A DNA stretch of 64,000 nt from Octopus sinensis. Lineage: Eukaryota. Below the pieces are notes generated by a model. The model was not told the DNA's origin. It saw only the letters and a list, made by a program, of their open reading frames with translations, and did not search any database. Both the position numbers and the translations under genes were made by a program. How positions within the stretch are numbered: the stretch's first letter is position 1; every line of letters begins with the position of its first letter. The stretch is from assembly GCF_006345805.1 (NCBI RefSeq), contig NC_043003.1:50158001-50222000 (forward strand), given 5' to 3'. Positions 48,735-60,854 of the stretch are shown here, one piece after another.

Positions 48735-49870
48735 CGGCGAGCTTGTAGAATCCTTAGCACACCAGGTAAAATGCTTAGCGGCATTTCGTCCGTCTTAACG
48801 CTCTAAGTTCAAATACTGCCGAGGTGGACTTTGCCTTTCAGGATCGATAAAATAAGTACCAGTTGAGTCCTCGTGCCGATGTGATCGGCTGTCCCCAATC
48901 CCTCAAATTTTAAGCCTTGTGCCTATAAAATGGTTTTATAGGCGCAGGGGTGTCTGTGTAGTAAGTAGCTTGCTTACCAACCACATGGTTCCGGCTTCAG
49001 TCCCACTGCGTGGTACCTTGGACAAGTGTCTTCTCCTATAGCCTCTGGCCGACCAAAGCCAAACGGATTAAATCGATTACATCGATCCCAGTCCGTAACT
49101 AGTACTTATTTAATCGACCCCGAAAGGATGAAAGGCAAAGCCGACCTCGGTGGAATTTGAGGCTCAGAACGTAAAGGCAGGCAAAATACCTATTTCTTTA
49201 CTACCACAAGGGGCTAAACATAGAGGGGACAAACAAGGACAGACAAACGGATTAAGTCAATTACATCGACCCCAGTGCGTAACTGGTGCTTAATTTATCG
49301 ACCCCGAAAGGATGAAGGCAAAGCCGACCTCGGTGGAATTTGAGGCTCAGAACGTAAAGGCAGGCAAAATACCTATTTCTTTACTACCACAAGGGGCTAA
49401 ACATAGAGGGGACAAACAAGGACAGACAAACGGATTAAGTCAATTACATCGACCCCAGTGCGTAACTGGTGCTTAATTTATCGACCCCGAAAGGATGAAA
49501 ATCAAAGTCGACCTCGACGGAATTTGAACTCAGAACGTAGCGGCAGACGAAATACCGCTAAGCATTTCGCCCGGCGTGCTAACGATTCCGCTCGCTTGCC
49601 GTCTTAATAACTACAAATAATTGCATGTAATATATATATATATATATATATAGACAGTGTTTAAAGCAGCCATGAGCTGGCAGAATCGTTACCGCGCCGG
49701 GCAAAATGCTGACAGCATTTCTTCCAATTTGACGTTTTGTGTTCACATGGGATCGACTTTGCCTTCCATCCTTTTGGGGTCGATAAAATACGTACCAATC
49801 GAGCACTGGGGTTGATGTAATGCCCCCACCCTCGAAATTGCTGTCCTTGTGATAAAATTTTAAGGTTAAA
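48735..49870. mobile_element. SINE cluster: family 2 (+, 48735-48930), family 1 head (+, 48941-49040), tail-B trimer (-, 49041-49605), family 2 tail-C (+, 49672-49865)
   Basis: Family motifs as above. Confidence 0.85.
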
Positions 49871-50106
49871 AAACCGTTAGATGGAAAAGAAAGAGCGAAG
49901 TTCACCTGCGAGACGTGAACGCACATTTTTTTTACACATATCCCGCAAGACGCCTTCGACCTTTTTGCTGTCCAATGTTTTTTTTTTTTAATTCAATATA
50001 TTTAAATGTAATTAATTGTAGCTGTCTCCACTTCGAGTCTCACACTTGAAACGATTTAATCAACGATAGGATAGCTTTTAGTTAGTTAGTTAGCAGCAGC
50101 AGGAGC

Positions 50107-50138
<32 letters not shown>

Positions 50139-51244
50139 AGTAGTAGTAGTAGTAGTAGTATAGTAGTAGTAGTAGTAGTAGGTGCTATATAACCACTGAG
50201 CAGACCTTCGACCAAAAGCATTCTACTCATGACCAACCAGTTTTTTTTTGTCTAGATGAAGTGCTTCTTGAAATACATTATGGTCTCTTTTTTTTTTAAG
50301 ATAGTAGCTGGCTTGCTGCCATTACTTATAGGTTGAGCGACTATATAGAAACACTCTCGATGGTAAGTAACGAATTTTTTCTCATGCCAGGAATTGAACT
50401 CAGACCAACTGAAAACTATTAATCTTAACCACAAGTAGTTGTAGTAATAGTAGTAGCAACAGCAGCAGCGGTGGCTGAGATGATGGTAGTGTGATAAATT
50501 AGTAAAAATTGTTGAATCTCAAATGATTTAGATCTTGAATTTACCTTTCGCCCTCCAGGGGTCGTAAAATAAAGAATCAGTAACTTTTTAAAAATTGAGG
50601 CTATCGACCAAACACTTTCTTGATGTTCCTGCCTCAATCTCTCTTTCTCTTTAAAAATTTGACCTTGTTTTTATAATAATTGGCTTAGACAAAACAAATC
50701 ATTATTTTTAGACAGGTCACAATAATGATTATTTGCACATGGCCTGTTTTTCGATTCTTCGATTTGTTTGTGCCAGAATTTCTTGTAATAACACTCTCTC
50801 ATCTCACTCGCCCACCTCACTTATCGGTCTTATTTACATTAATTATCACAATACCAATATAGCGTAGTTTGTGTATACAGTATGAAACGCATCTGCTTCA
50901 TTTATGAATATAAAATAATCATTTATGAAAGTATATGATTTCACACACATATATTTAATCTCGCGGTTAAAGAAGGCTCTGTGACCACACTATACAACTT
51001 TTGGCAGGCTGGACTGAGGATCAAACGTACGTGCATCTTATTTACGACTCATCAGGATGCGTAAAATAAGTTTTCAGTTTTGATGTTTTTGCAAGAGAGC
51101 AACGTTTTATGGTGGAGAAAGTGTATCTCAGATTTGTTTACGGAAACAGGTAAGAGACATCTGCTCTGTGCATCAGACCGTTCTTTGTCATTCAGTATAC
51201 ATACATACCTACATAGATACACACACACACACACACACACATAT

Positions 51245-51455
51245 ATAGTTAATCCAAAAAGAAAACACAAAGAGAAAACACAACAACGCGAGGACGTGGA
51301 ACAAGTATAGTGTTATTGGACGTTCAGAAAAAGAAAGAAAGAAGGAGGATTTAACGTTTCGAATGGAGCTCTTCGTCAGAAACATAGAAAAAGAAAAGAT
51401 TCAAGGAAGGGAAGACGGAGAAAGAAAATCGCCGACGATACACACGCGGTCACAT
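51245..51455 (-). mobile_element. Penelope-type terminal-repeat remnant flanked by microsatellites
   Basis: Same layout as 9590-9800 and 33855-34050 (gtatt..acg.tcag.aa...ttaacgtttcga...ctcttcgtcagaaa). Confidence 0.7.
51349..51383 (-). ncRNA. Minimal type-I hammerhead motif with canonical core
   Basis: gttt-CTGACGA-a-gag(ctcca)ttc-GAAAC-GT-T-aaat. Confidence 0.6.
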
Positions 51456-51471
51456 ATAGTATATATATATA

Positions 51472-51512
<41 letters not shown>

Positions 51513-51590
51513 CATACATATATATATATACACACATACACATATATATATACACACATAATATATATATATAATACATAACATACATAT

Positions 51591-51619
<29 letters not shown>

Positions 51620-51621
<2 letters not shown>

Positions 51622-51855
51622 TGATAAAAATGGTAAGACAACAAAAGAATGTAAGAGACCTCGATATTATGTAAATAGAGGAATTTATCTGTAAATGTAA
51701 TATGTGACAATTATTCGGTAGCCATGATAAAACTCCGAGTTTCGGATGCCGAGGTGGAAATCCACGCCGCCATGTCTTCAGTTATCCAGCCATCGGAAAA
51801 ATGCTATGAAAAATGACCGTTATACAAAGGGCAATTACTGTGTGATTGACCGTTA
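51620..51855 (-). mobile_element. Second copy of the long-stem-II hammerhead element
   Basis: Homologous to 26065-26305. Confidence 0.65.
51726..51786 (-). ncRNA. Type-I hammerhead motif, long stem II partly decayed
   Basis: gataa-CTGAAGA-catggcgg-c-gtgg(attt)ccac-ctcggcatc-c-GAAAC-t(cgg)a-GT-T-ttatc; perfect 5-bp stem I. Confidence 0.55.
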
Positions 51856-52064
51856 TTAAGACAAAAGAGCTATTTGAATGACCGCTAAGTGAGGGGAGGG
51901 AGTGAAAGTAAGGGGGTAAAAAAGTTCATTGTATTCGCATGAGTGCGCATGTTCATACCTAGCATGCGCACCCGTACACCACGTGCATGCGCCTAAAAAT
52001 ATACACTCATCCACCCTCACTTGAAACGTAAACATCCTCACCCGCACCATTCGCCAAATATATG

Positions 52065-52104
<40 letters not shown>

Positions 52105-52128
52105 CATATATATATATATATATATCTA

Positions 52129-52171
<43 letters not shown>

Positions 52172-52230
52172 CAAACCCACACACACACACAAACCCACAC
52201 ACACACAGACGCGCACCATAATGGTTCATA

Positions 52231-52356
52231 CACACGTCTATATACACAACAGCACAAGAAAAAACAGGGCTAGACGTGGTTTACTCATAGTTTTTTTTAC
52301 ACATTTTCTTGTATTTTTGCTTTTAGCCCTGTTTTTTCTTGTGTATAGACGTGTGT
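52231..52356. mobile_element. Small hairpin MITE with TA ends
   Basis: TA|cacacgtcta...cacaagaaaaaacagggcta / tagccctgttttttcttgtg...tagacgtgtg|TA. Confidence 0.65.
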
Positions 52357-52539
52357 ATAACTATCAACACTTAACTTAAACATAGTCGACAGATTATCAA
52401 GTCTGCTTCGAAATCCTCAACGTTCTTTATCTGGAGGCACTCTTTTCCCGGAATATAAACAAAGATATATCGAGAAATGCGGCACATTCTTTAGAATATA
52501 ATACAAACCAATTTATGAATAATATTAAATCGTTTGAAG

Positions 52540-52985
52540 GCGGCGAGTTGGCAGAAATGTTAGCACGCCGCGCGAAATGCTTGGCGATAATTCGACTGTC
52601 TTTATGTTCTGAGTTCAAATTACGCTGAGGTCGACTTTTCCTTTCAGCCTTTCGGGGTCGATAAATTAAGTACCAGTTGCATACTGGGATCGATTTAATC
52701 GACTGGCCCCCTGCGCCAAAATTTCGGGCCTTGTGCCAAGAGTAGAAAATAATATCAAATCGTTTGAAGGCGGCGCGCTGGTAGAAACGTTAGCTCACCG
52801 GGCGAAGTGCTTAGCAGTATTTCGTCTGCCTTTACGTTCTGAATTCAAATTCCGCCGAGGTCGACTTTTCCTTTCAGCCTTTCGGGGTCGATAAATTAAG
52901 TACCAGTTGCGTACTAGGGTCGATCAAATCGACTGGCCCCCTTCCCCCAAATTTCGGGCCTTGTGCCTAGAGTAGAAAAGAAAAT
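52540..52985 (+). mobile_element. Two tandem full SINE family 2 copies
   Basis: Each copy is preceded by aatatyaaatcgtttgaa. Confidence 0.9.
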
Positions 52986-53050
52986 GTACCCCAGGAATTA
53001 TTTTGCTTGTATTCTATTTCATATACAGCAAAATATAATCTATCTATCTA

Positions 53051-53129
<79 letters not shown>

Positions 53130-53138
53130 GTCTGTCTC

Positions 53139-53176
<38 letters not shown>

Positions 53177-54430
53177 CACACATACAATATATATTTATAT
53201 TTATATACACGCATATTCATACATGCACACATACATGTGTACTTGAGTGTGTCCTTGTGTAATCTGATATACATGCATATATATATATATATACACGCAG
53301 AACAAATATGAAAATATAAACATCATTAATATTGATATAAATATCAATTTTCATAAATATTAATTTAAGAATATAGTGAGAGCCATATTATCGTTATCAA
53401 AATCAGTGCATCGCAAACACTTTATTTAAAACGAATTAAAAATCATCCGTTTATTATAATCAAATTTCTAGATGTTCTTCTGAACATTTTTAATTAAACT
53501 ACCACATTGCTACTAATGTAATGCTTACAGAAATCGAAATCAAAGATCAAAGAAAAAGAAAAGAAAAGCTAACTACGAAGATGTGGAAGGTAAATGGTGA
53601 TGGCGTTGGTCGAATCGTATGTTGGTACAGGAAATAGAGAAACTGGTGTGTTAAATTGGTCAGTGTGATGGGAGTATATAGTGCATATGTATGTTGTATG
53701 TATGTATGTATGTATGTATGTATGTATGTATGTATGTATGCATGTATGTATGTGTGTACATAATGTATGTCCATATGTATGTATGTTTACATAGGCATAT
53801 ATGTTTAGTTGTATACACACACATACACCCAGAGAGAGAGAGAGAGAGAGAGGGGGGAGAGAGAGAGGGAGAAAGTGTGTGAGAGACACAGACAGACAGA
53901 CAGACAAATCGGCAGACAGGCAAACAGGCAGGCAGGCACACATACAGAGACAGAGAGATGATAATATCAAACGGTTATTGTTATCAAACTTTAATCTAAA
54001 ATGAACCAAATAACTATTTATTTGAATTAGAGGTCAAGATATTGTTCATCGTTTCAAAGTAATCGCAGACGGCTTCCACTGTGTCTGTATTACCATATGA
54101 ATTGTGAGGCATGTATCATGTATATTTTTTACATAGATATTAAATTACAGTTTGTGTTCTACGAAACATGTATCGGTCACTGTCTCTACAACAAAACTAA
54201 ATATGAATATGCATGTGTGTGTGAATGCATGCATGCATACATACATATGTACGTACATACATAATACATACATCTACAGCTATTGCCTAATGCGAGCATT
54301 TTCTCCATGACAACCTGCAGTGAAAATGGCCTTTTTACAAGTGAAATATTTGAACTGATTAAAAAGTTTATATACGTACGCTCGTACGTATGCATGTATA
54401 TGTGTGTGAGAAGTACGAGTGTGTGTGTGT

Positions 54431-54483
<53 letters not shown>

Positions 54484-55033
54484 ATATTCTTTCTTAGTGA
54501 ATTTTGAGGAACAGAATTGAATAAATCTTCTTTAACATGTCTTATAAAAGAGTCCTACGTAGCATATGGAAATAAATCAACAATTGCCCGAATGATTTCA
54601 GCATTACACAAGACTGCTTATACAGGATAATGATGAAACGATTGTAGATGAAGCATTAAAATTATTTACTAACTCCATTCCTTGATTTTTGTGATCTACT
54701 ACATAAGTGGAAAATCGTGTGTGTTTGTTTATGGCGTTGTTAGCTAACTCCTCCTACATCGTTTTATAGATCTTGATGAAACTTAACACGTGAGTAGAAC
54801 TCATGTCTGGAAACCTCGTGACACAGATTGTTGAAAAAAATCGATAATACGGCTATGGAAGGGATCTTAATATTTACGTCATATAACTAATTTTTTTAAG
54901 AACACTCATGGGAAATAACCCATAGAACCTGCACTTACAGTTGTTAGTTTATAGCGAAACGATCAATATTTGATTCTCACGATCAGCGGACCTAATTTTG
55001 CATTTCACCACTCACAGTTTTCAACTGCTAAAA

Positions 55034-56374
55034 AATGAAGCGACAATGAGTCTTAAGGGGGCTTTTGAGGCTCTTGACAGATTACGTCAAGATCTGAGGC
55101 ACAACTCAAGGCTAATGGGCGGCCTAACAGTACTCCTTGCAGGCGACTTTTAACAAACACTCCCAGTCGTTCCAAAGAGAACGAGAGCAGATGAGGTAAA
55201 TGCGAGCATCAAATCTTCACACCTTTGGAGCAAGGTTAGAAAGTTGAAACTCACAACAAACATGAGAGTTCAGTTAGGTGGTGATGCGCACATGGAGAAC
55301 TTCTGCAGGCAATTAATGGATATTGGAAATGGTGCTGTAATTTTTGAGCAAGATGAGAAGATTAGTTTACCCTTTTGCAATTTGGTGTCAAATATACACG
55401 GACTATTGGCGAGAGTTTTCTCCAATCTGGACGCACAATTCACACACCATTGTTGGCTGAGAAAACGTGCAATTTTGGCGCCAAAAAATGTCGCAGTCTA
55501 TGGCATAAACAATCACCTTCTGGAACAACTGCCTGGCGATCGTCGCACATACAAGTCAATTGATACTGTCCTCCACACCAATGATGCTGTTCATTACCCC
55601 GTTGAATTCCTCAATAGCCTTGCACCTTCAGGTCTACCACTGCATGAATTGCATCTAAAGGTTGGAGCCCTAGTTATGCTTTTAAGAAACCTCGATCTCC
55701 CAAATTTATGCAATGGCATGAGTCTTATTACAAAAATTGATGTAGACAGTGTTGGAGGCATCAATACTGACTGGGAAAACAAGTGGTGAATGTTTCCATT
55801 CCAAAGATTCATCTGATTCCTTCCGACACACAAATTGATTTCAAAAGGCTACAATTCCCACTGAGATTAAGCTTTGCGAGCATCAACAAAGCGCAGGGTC
55901 AGACATTGGAAGTGGTAGGCCTTAACCCCTTACCCGGCAGAAACGAATATATGCGTTTTGACCGAAATCGTTTTTTTCCATCTCTGGCGAGTTAACTCGT
56001 CAAAAGATAGACTCGCCAAAATCGACAGCAAACGAGTTCCTTCGTCTAAAAACGGGTTAACTCGTTTCTGCCCAATGCCTTAATTTAAAATCAATATTAT
56101 TGAATTAAAATTCATAATAAATAAGGTTTGAAATATACCTCGAAATCACCATTCAAAACATAGTAAAATAAAACAATTAAAAAATATGTCTGAAAAAATA
56201 CATTTATTTTCAAAATAATTGTTGGGTAAGGGGTTAATCTTGTAGGACCTGCTTTTTCTCACAGATAGCTCTATATCGGATGCTCTAGAGTTGGAAATCC
56301 TGGAAATTTATTCATCTATGCACCCAACGGCAAAACCAAAAATCATTGAGTATCACGAAGTCCTGCAAGACTGA
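55034..56374 (+). pseudogene. Helitron PIF1-like helicase, C-terminal part (stops, frameshifts, MITE insertion)
   Basis: EATMS...ALDRLRQDLR...MGGLTVLLAGDF*QTLPV...LTTNMRV...RAILAPKN...YPVEFLNSLAPSGLPLHELHLKVGALVMLLRNL...LCNG...FKRLQFPLRLSFA-SINKAQGQTL.VVGL[MITE]NL...FSH.*LYIGCSRVG. Confidence 0.95.
55926..56233. mobile_element. piggyBac-like MITE (308 bp)
   Basis: TTAA|ccccttaccc ... gggtaagggg|TTAA. Removing it with one TTAA restores the helicase frame (VVGLNL). Confidence 0.92.
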
Positions 56375-56399
56375 AATTTTGGAACAAAGATGCCTCTCC

Positions 56400-56715
56400 C
56401 TCCGACAATCTCTCTTGCTAACCTACGACAACCTCTCTCGCCAATCTCCGACAACCTCCAACAATCTCTCTCGCCAATCTCCGACAACCTCTAACAATCT
56501 CTCTCGCCAACCTCCGACAACCTCTCTCGCAAACTTCCGAAAACCTCTCTCGACAGTCTCCGACAGCCTTTCTCGACAACTTCCGACAACCTCTCTTGCC
56601 AACCTCCGACAGCCTCTCTCGCCAACCTCCGACGAACTCTCTCACCAACCTCCGACAATCTTTTTGCCAAGCTCCGAAAAGCTCTCCCGCCAACCTCCAA
56701 CAATCTCTCCCTCCT
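56400..56715 (+). repeat. ~22-nt minisatellite (11-nt subunits) in the Helitron 3' region
   Basis: Repeated cctccgacaacctctctcgccaa variants. Confidence 0.85.
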
Positions 56716-56917
56716 CCAGCTGACAGGTTTTTGTACTTTTTCGCAACGGAAAATACACTTTTGTGGCAGTTATAAAGAAATTGCTTTCTTATATCAGAGT
56801 AATAAGGCGTTTCAATAAAACAGCTTTACCCCCGGGAATTACTGGGTACACCAGCTAGTTATATACATAAGGGAATTTCACACATGATTACCATTTCGTT
56901 CTGCTTATATATATATA

Positions 56918-56959
<42 letters not shown>

Positions 56960-56966
56960 TATATTC

Positions 56967-57083
<117 letters not shown>

Positions 57084-57369
57084 ATAATATATATATATAT
57101 ATACATATACTTCTACTAACAGGCGCCATCGTGTCTTCGGAATTTTTTGACCTAACTGAGCCTATCCCCATACAGATCTGACCAGATAAATCTCTTTCGA
57201 AGCCCAGAAATCAGACACACAGAAATATAAAGAAAAGGAGAGAAGTACTGGTATTTTATTTATCGATCTCTCGAAGAAGGAACTGGAAATTTGATCTCGG
57301 TGAAATTTGAACTTGGAAAGCAGAGAGCCGGAACGATTATTCGAAGGCAATATGTCCAACACACACACA

Positions 57370-57437
<68 letters not shown>

Positions 57438-57438
57438 T

Positions 57439-57469
<31 letters not shown>

Positions 57470-57471
57470 CA

Positions 57472-57502
<31 letters not shown>

Positions 57503-57548
57503 CACCACACACACACACACATACACACACACACAAAGGTATTTATGC

Positions 57549-57775
57549 GGCGAGCTGGCAGAGACGTTAGCACGCCGGGCGAAATGCTTAGCGGTATTTC
57601 GTCTGCCGTTACGTTGTGAGTTCAAATTCCGCCGAGGTTGACTTTGCCTTTCATCCTTTCGGGGTCGATAAATTAAGTACCAGTTCCGCACTGGGGTCGA
57701 TGTAATCGACTTAATACCTATGTCTGTCCTTGTTTGTCCCCTCTAAATTTAGCCCCTTGTGGGTAATAAAGAAAT
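57549..57775 (+). mobile_element. Full tail-B SINE-2 monomer with 12-bp TSD
   Basis: Flanked by aggtatttatgc (57537-57548 and 57776-57787). Confidence 0.92.
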
Positions 57776-58624
57776 AGGTATTTATGCATATGTATTTATA
57801 TACATATATGTGTGTGTGTGTGTGCGTGTGTATGTATATACATGCACATACAGACATTCTTAATAACTCGCTGACATTTCTGCTACGTTTCAATACCAAC
57901 AGTCATCGGTTGCTTACATACATATTTATATACATACATCGTTATACTTATACATATATGCGCATATACAATATACGTAACATACACATACATCATTTAT
58001 AATTGATTATCTTTTCTATATCCTTCGTTGTCAGCGATTACCCTGGCAAAGAAGAGTAGGTGAAGAAGTAAGGGAATATAATTTCGTTTTGTCATAGCTA
58101 TAATGTATTAACAAGTCTCTACGTTTAGAAAAAAAAACTAAATAAATAAATAAAATATCAAAATTGCGAAAAGCCGGAGAATTGATATGAAATCTTGGTA
58201 ACGGAAGAGGTGAGATTAAATTGATTATCATTACCTCCGATAGAGAGTTCTTTTACTGACATTAATAAATAATTATTTATAACATTGACACAGCGCTATA
58301 GCGTGTACAGTTGTGTAAATCGATTTACAGAACTATAAATGGCACTTATTGCATCGGTCACAACGGGTGTGGAGAAAAAATGTGATTAAAGCCCGGCTTG
58401 TTGTGAGATTTTTCAATCATTGCTTCTATTAGCAGTATGCTTATACTATTTTTTTCCGGGCATGGCTGTACATTTAAGAACCTTGTGCAATCAAATGCAC
58501 GGAGTTTCAGGATCAGTCCTACTATTAGGCAAGTGTCTTCTACCATATCCCTGGTCTGACCAGTGGCTTTGAGAGTGAACTGGCAAACGGAAGCTTTATA
58601 GAAGCCTGAAAAAAAATACTAATA

Positions 58625-58872
58625 AATGCGCCCTTTTAAAGCCTAGCTAGGCTCATGGGCCCGGTTTCCCGGTTTCTATGGCGTGTGTGTTCACCAGCTG
58701 GACGGGACGCCAGTCCATTGTAGCGTTACTCATTTTTGCCGGCTGAGTGAACTGGAGCAACGTGAAATGAAGTGTTTTGTTCAAGAACACAACGCGTCAC
58801 CCGGTCCAGGAATCGAAACCACAATCTTACAATCATGATGCTGACACCCTAACCACTAAGCCACGCACCTCC
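58625..58872 (-). mobile_element. SINE family 4
   Basis: Minus strand ggaggtgcgTGGCTTAGTGGttagg...GGTTTCGATTCC...cactcagccggcaaaaatgag...ggactggcgtcccgtccag...gaaaccgggaaaccgggcccatgagcc. Confidence 0.85.
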
Positions 58873-59021
58873 ACATAGAAGCCTATCGTGTGTATATATG
58901 TATATATATGTATATATATATATAACTAGCATGTGTGATGACAATCCTTTTGAATGCTAGGATGCAGTAAAACCGTTTTACAGGGCGTACTGTAAATGCA
59001 CCAGGGGTGAGGGACCCTTAG

Positions 59022-59430
59022 CAGTAGTGGCTGTGTGGTAAGAAGCTACTACTTCTCTGTAATGCCTTGATAGCAGATTGAATGAAATAAAGAAGCTTGC
59101 TTCCCAACCACATGGTCGTGGGTTCAGTCCTACTGCGTGGCACCTTGGGCAAGTGTCTTCTAGTATATCCCCTGGCTACCAAAGCCTTGTGAGTGTATTT
59201 GGAAGACTGAAACTGAAAGAAGCCTGTCACACACACAAACACACGCATACACACACATATATATATATTAATGTGACAACCGGTGTTGATGTGTTTACGT
59301 CCCTGTAACTTAGCGGTTCGGTAAAAGTAACCGATATAATAAGTTGCAGGTTTAAAAAATAGGTACTGGCTAAAATTTCAAGGAGGTACCCCAGCATGGC
59401 TGCAGTCTAGAGAGTGAAACAATTAAAAGA
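59022..59430 (+). mobile_element. SINE family 1 relative with a 42-bp insert in its head
   Basis: Head, CORE-like motif and ccccagcatggctgcag tail. Confidence 0.8.
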
Positions 59431-60812
59431 TAAAAGATATATATATATATGTATGTATGTATACATATGTTTACACACATACACACATCCATATGAGTGT
59501 GTGGACAAATGAAATAAAGTGGCACATTTGGTGCATGTGCGTGCCTTTCTGTTTGTTCCCTTCTTTCATCGCTTGACAACCGGTGTAGGTTTTGTTGTAT
59601 CCCTGTAACCTATTTTGCAGCAAAACAAAGCGATAAAATAAGTACCGGGCTTTAAAAAAGAATTAACAATTGGGACCGATTTGTTAGACTAAACCCTTTA
59701 TGTCGGTGCTCCAGCTTTATCTCCGCCTAATGCCTGAAACGGGTTAAAGACTAAAACATAGATAATAAACTAACAACCCATCAGAAGTTAAATCATTTCA
59801 TGACCGTCATATCTTTTTCTTCAATCCCTTCTGCATATGACAGAAGCGAAGCTCAAAATAAAATCAAAAAATTGATGATGAAAAAGAAAATTAACGAAAT
59901 TTTTTTTTTTAAATGATGTTCAAATTAATTTTCTTTTGAGTAAATCAAAAACATATGTTTCGTTAAAAACGTGTTTTTCCCTTTTTTTTTTTTCCATTGC
60001 ATTGAAATTTATTCTAATTATATTTAATTATCAGCGAGAGGGGAAATCTAGAAAGTAAATTACATATGTTTTATTGACAGAAAGTTTTTTTTCAGAAGTA
60101 AGTAACCATCATCAAGTCGATCCAATTCGTAAAATAAGATCAGATAAATCTGTGTGCCATGGAGTAATTGATATCTAATATTTTGGACTTAATTTTTTCT
60201 TCTCGGAAAGCTGTGAATGAAAACGAGGCTGCCAACAAACACACCTTTCATTTCTTTGAAAAACTATCACCAAAACATCAGATCTCACCCTACGTTTTTG
60301 TGACATAGAAACTTATTTAAATTTACGAAATTTTTAAAGTATTTTTGCAGGCTCTAGCGTTTCTTTTTTAAACCTTATTTCATTAACTTAAAGAAGAAGC
60401 CCTCCTCAGAAAAAGCAGTAAACAAAACAAAGCAAATTATTTTATTAATATAGATAAGGATGGTATATACCACCGAGAAAAGAAAACTAAAGGGTGCAGT
60501 GATGTTTTATAAGCAAGAAAATTACTAACTTAATGACTTTAATTGTGTGCATTATGTTTTGTTAACGGCAATAGTTTTGCTGTCTCTTTTAGCTTCATGA
60601 TGATAGTTACTACCTCTTTCTGTAAACAAAGGTTTAATCGTTATACAAACTTTTCTATTATTTATGTAAGTTTTTAACTGTCAGATAATACCTTACACGT
60701 GTTTACCAGTAAGTGCTTGCCTGAATTTGGCTTGCCTATTCTTATTCATCCAAACGCTTGTGCGTAAATATGAACCTCGTACATTTACACATACACACAC
60801 ATACACACACAA

Positions 60813-60854
<42 letters not shown>

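Larger units (their letters stand above)
54695..56858 (+). mobile_element. Internally deleted Helitron
   Basis: A|TCTACTACATAA 5' end, helicase remnant, 3' hairpin taccc...gggta then cagCTAG|T. Confidence 0.85.

Noticed and set aside
55244-55789. 181-aa helicase ORF as a functional PIF1 gene
   Set aside because: It is bounded by an in-frame stop at 55151, a frameshift, a MITE and a further stop, so it is a Helitron pseudogene.
56346-56723. Repetitive Ser/Pro-rich ORF
   Set aside because: It is the translation of the Helitron-internal minisatellite.
57776-57783. Terminal redundancy of the SINE (ggtattt after the tail)
   Set aside because: It is fully explained as part of a 12-bp TSD, and is kept only as target-motif evidence.
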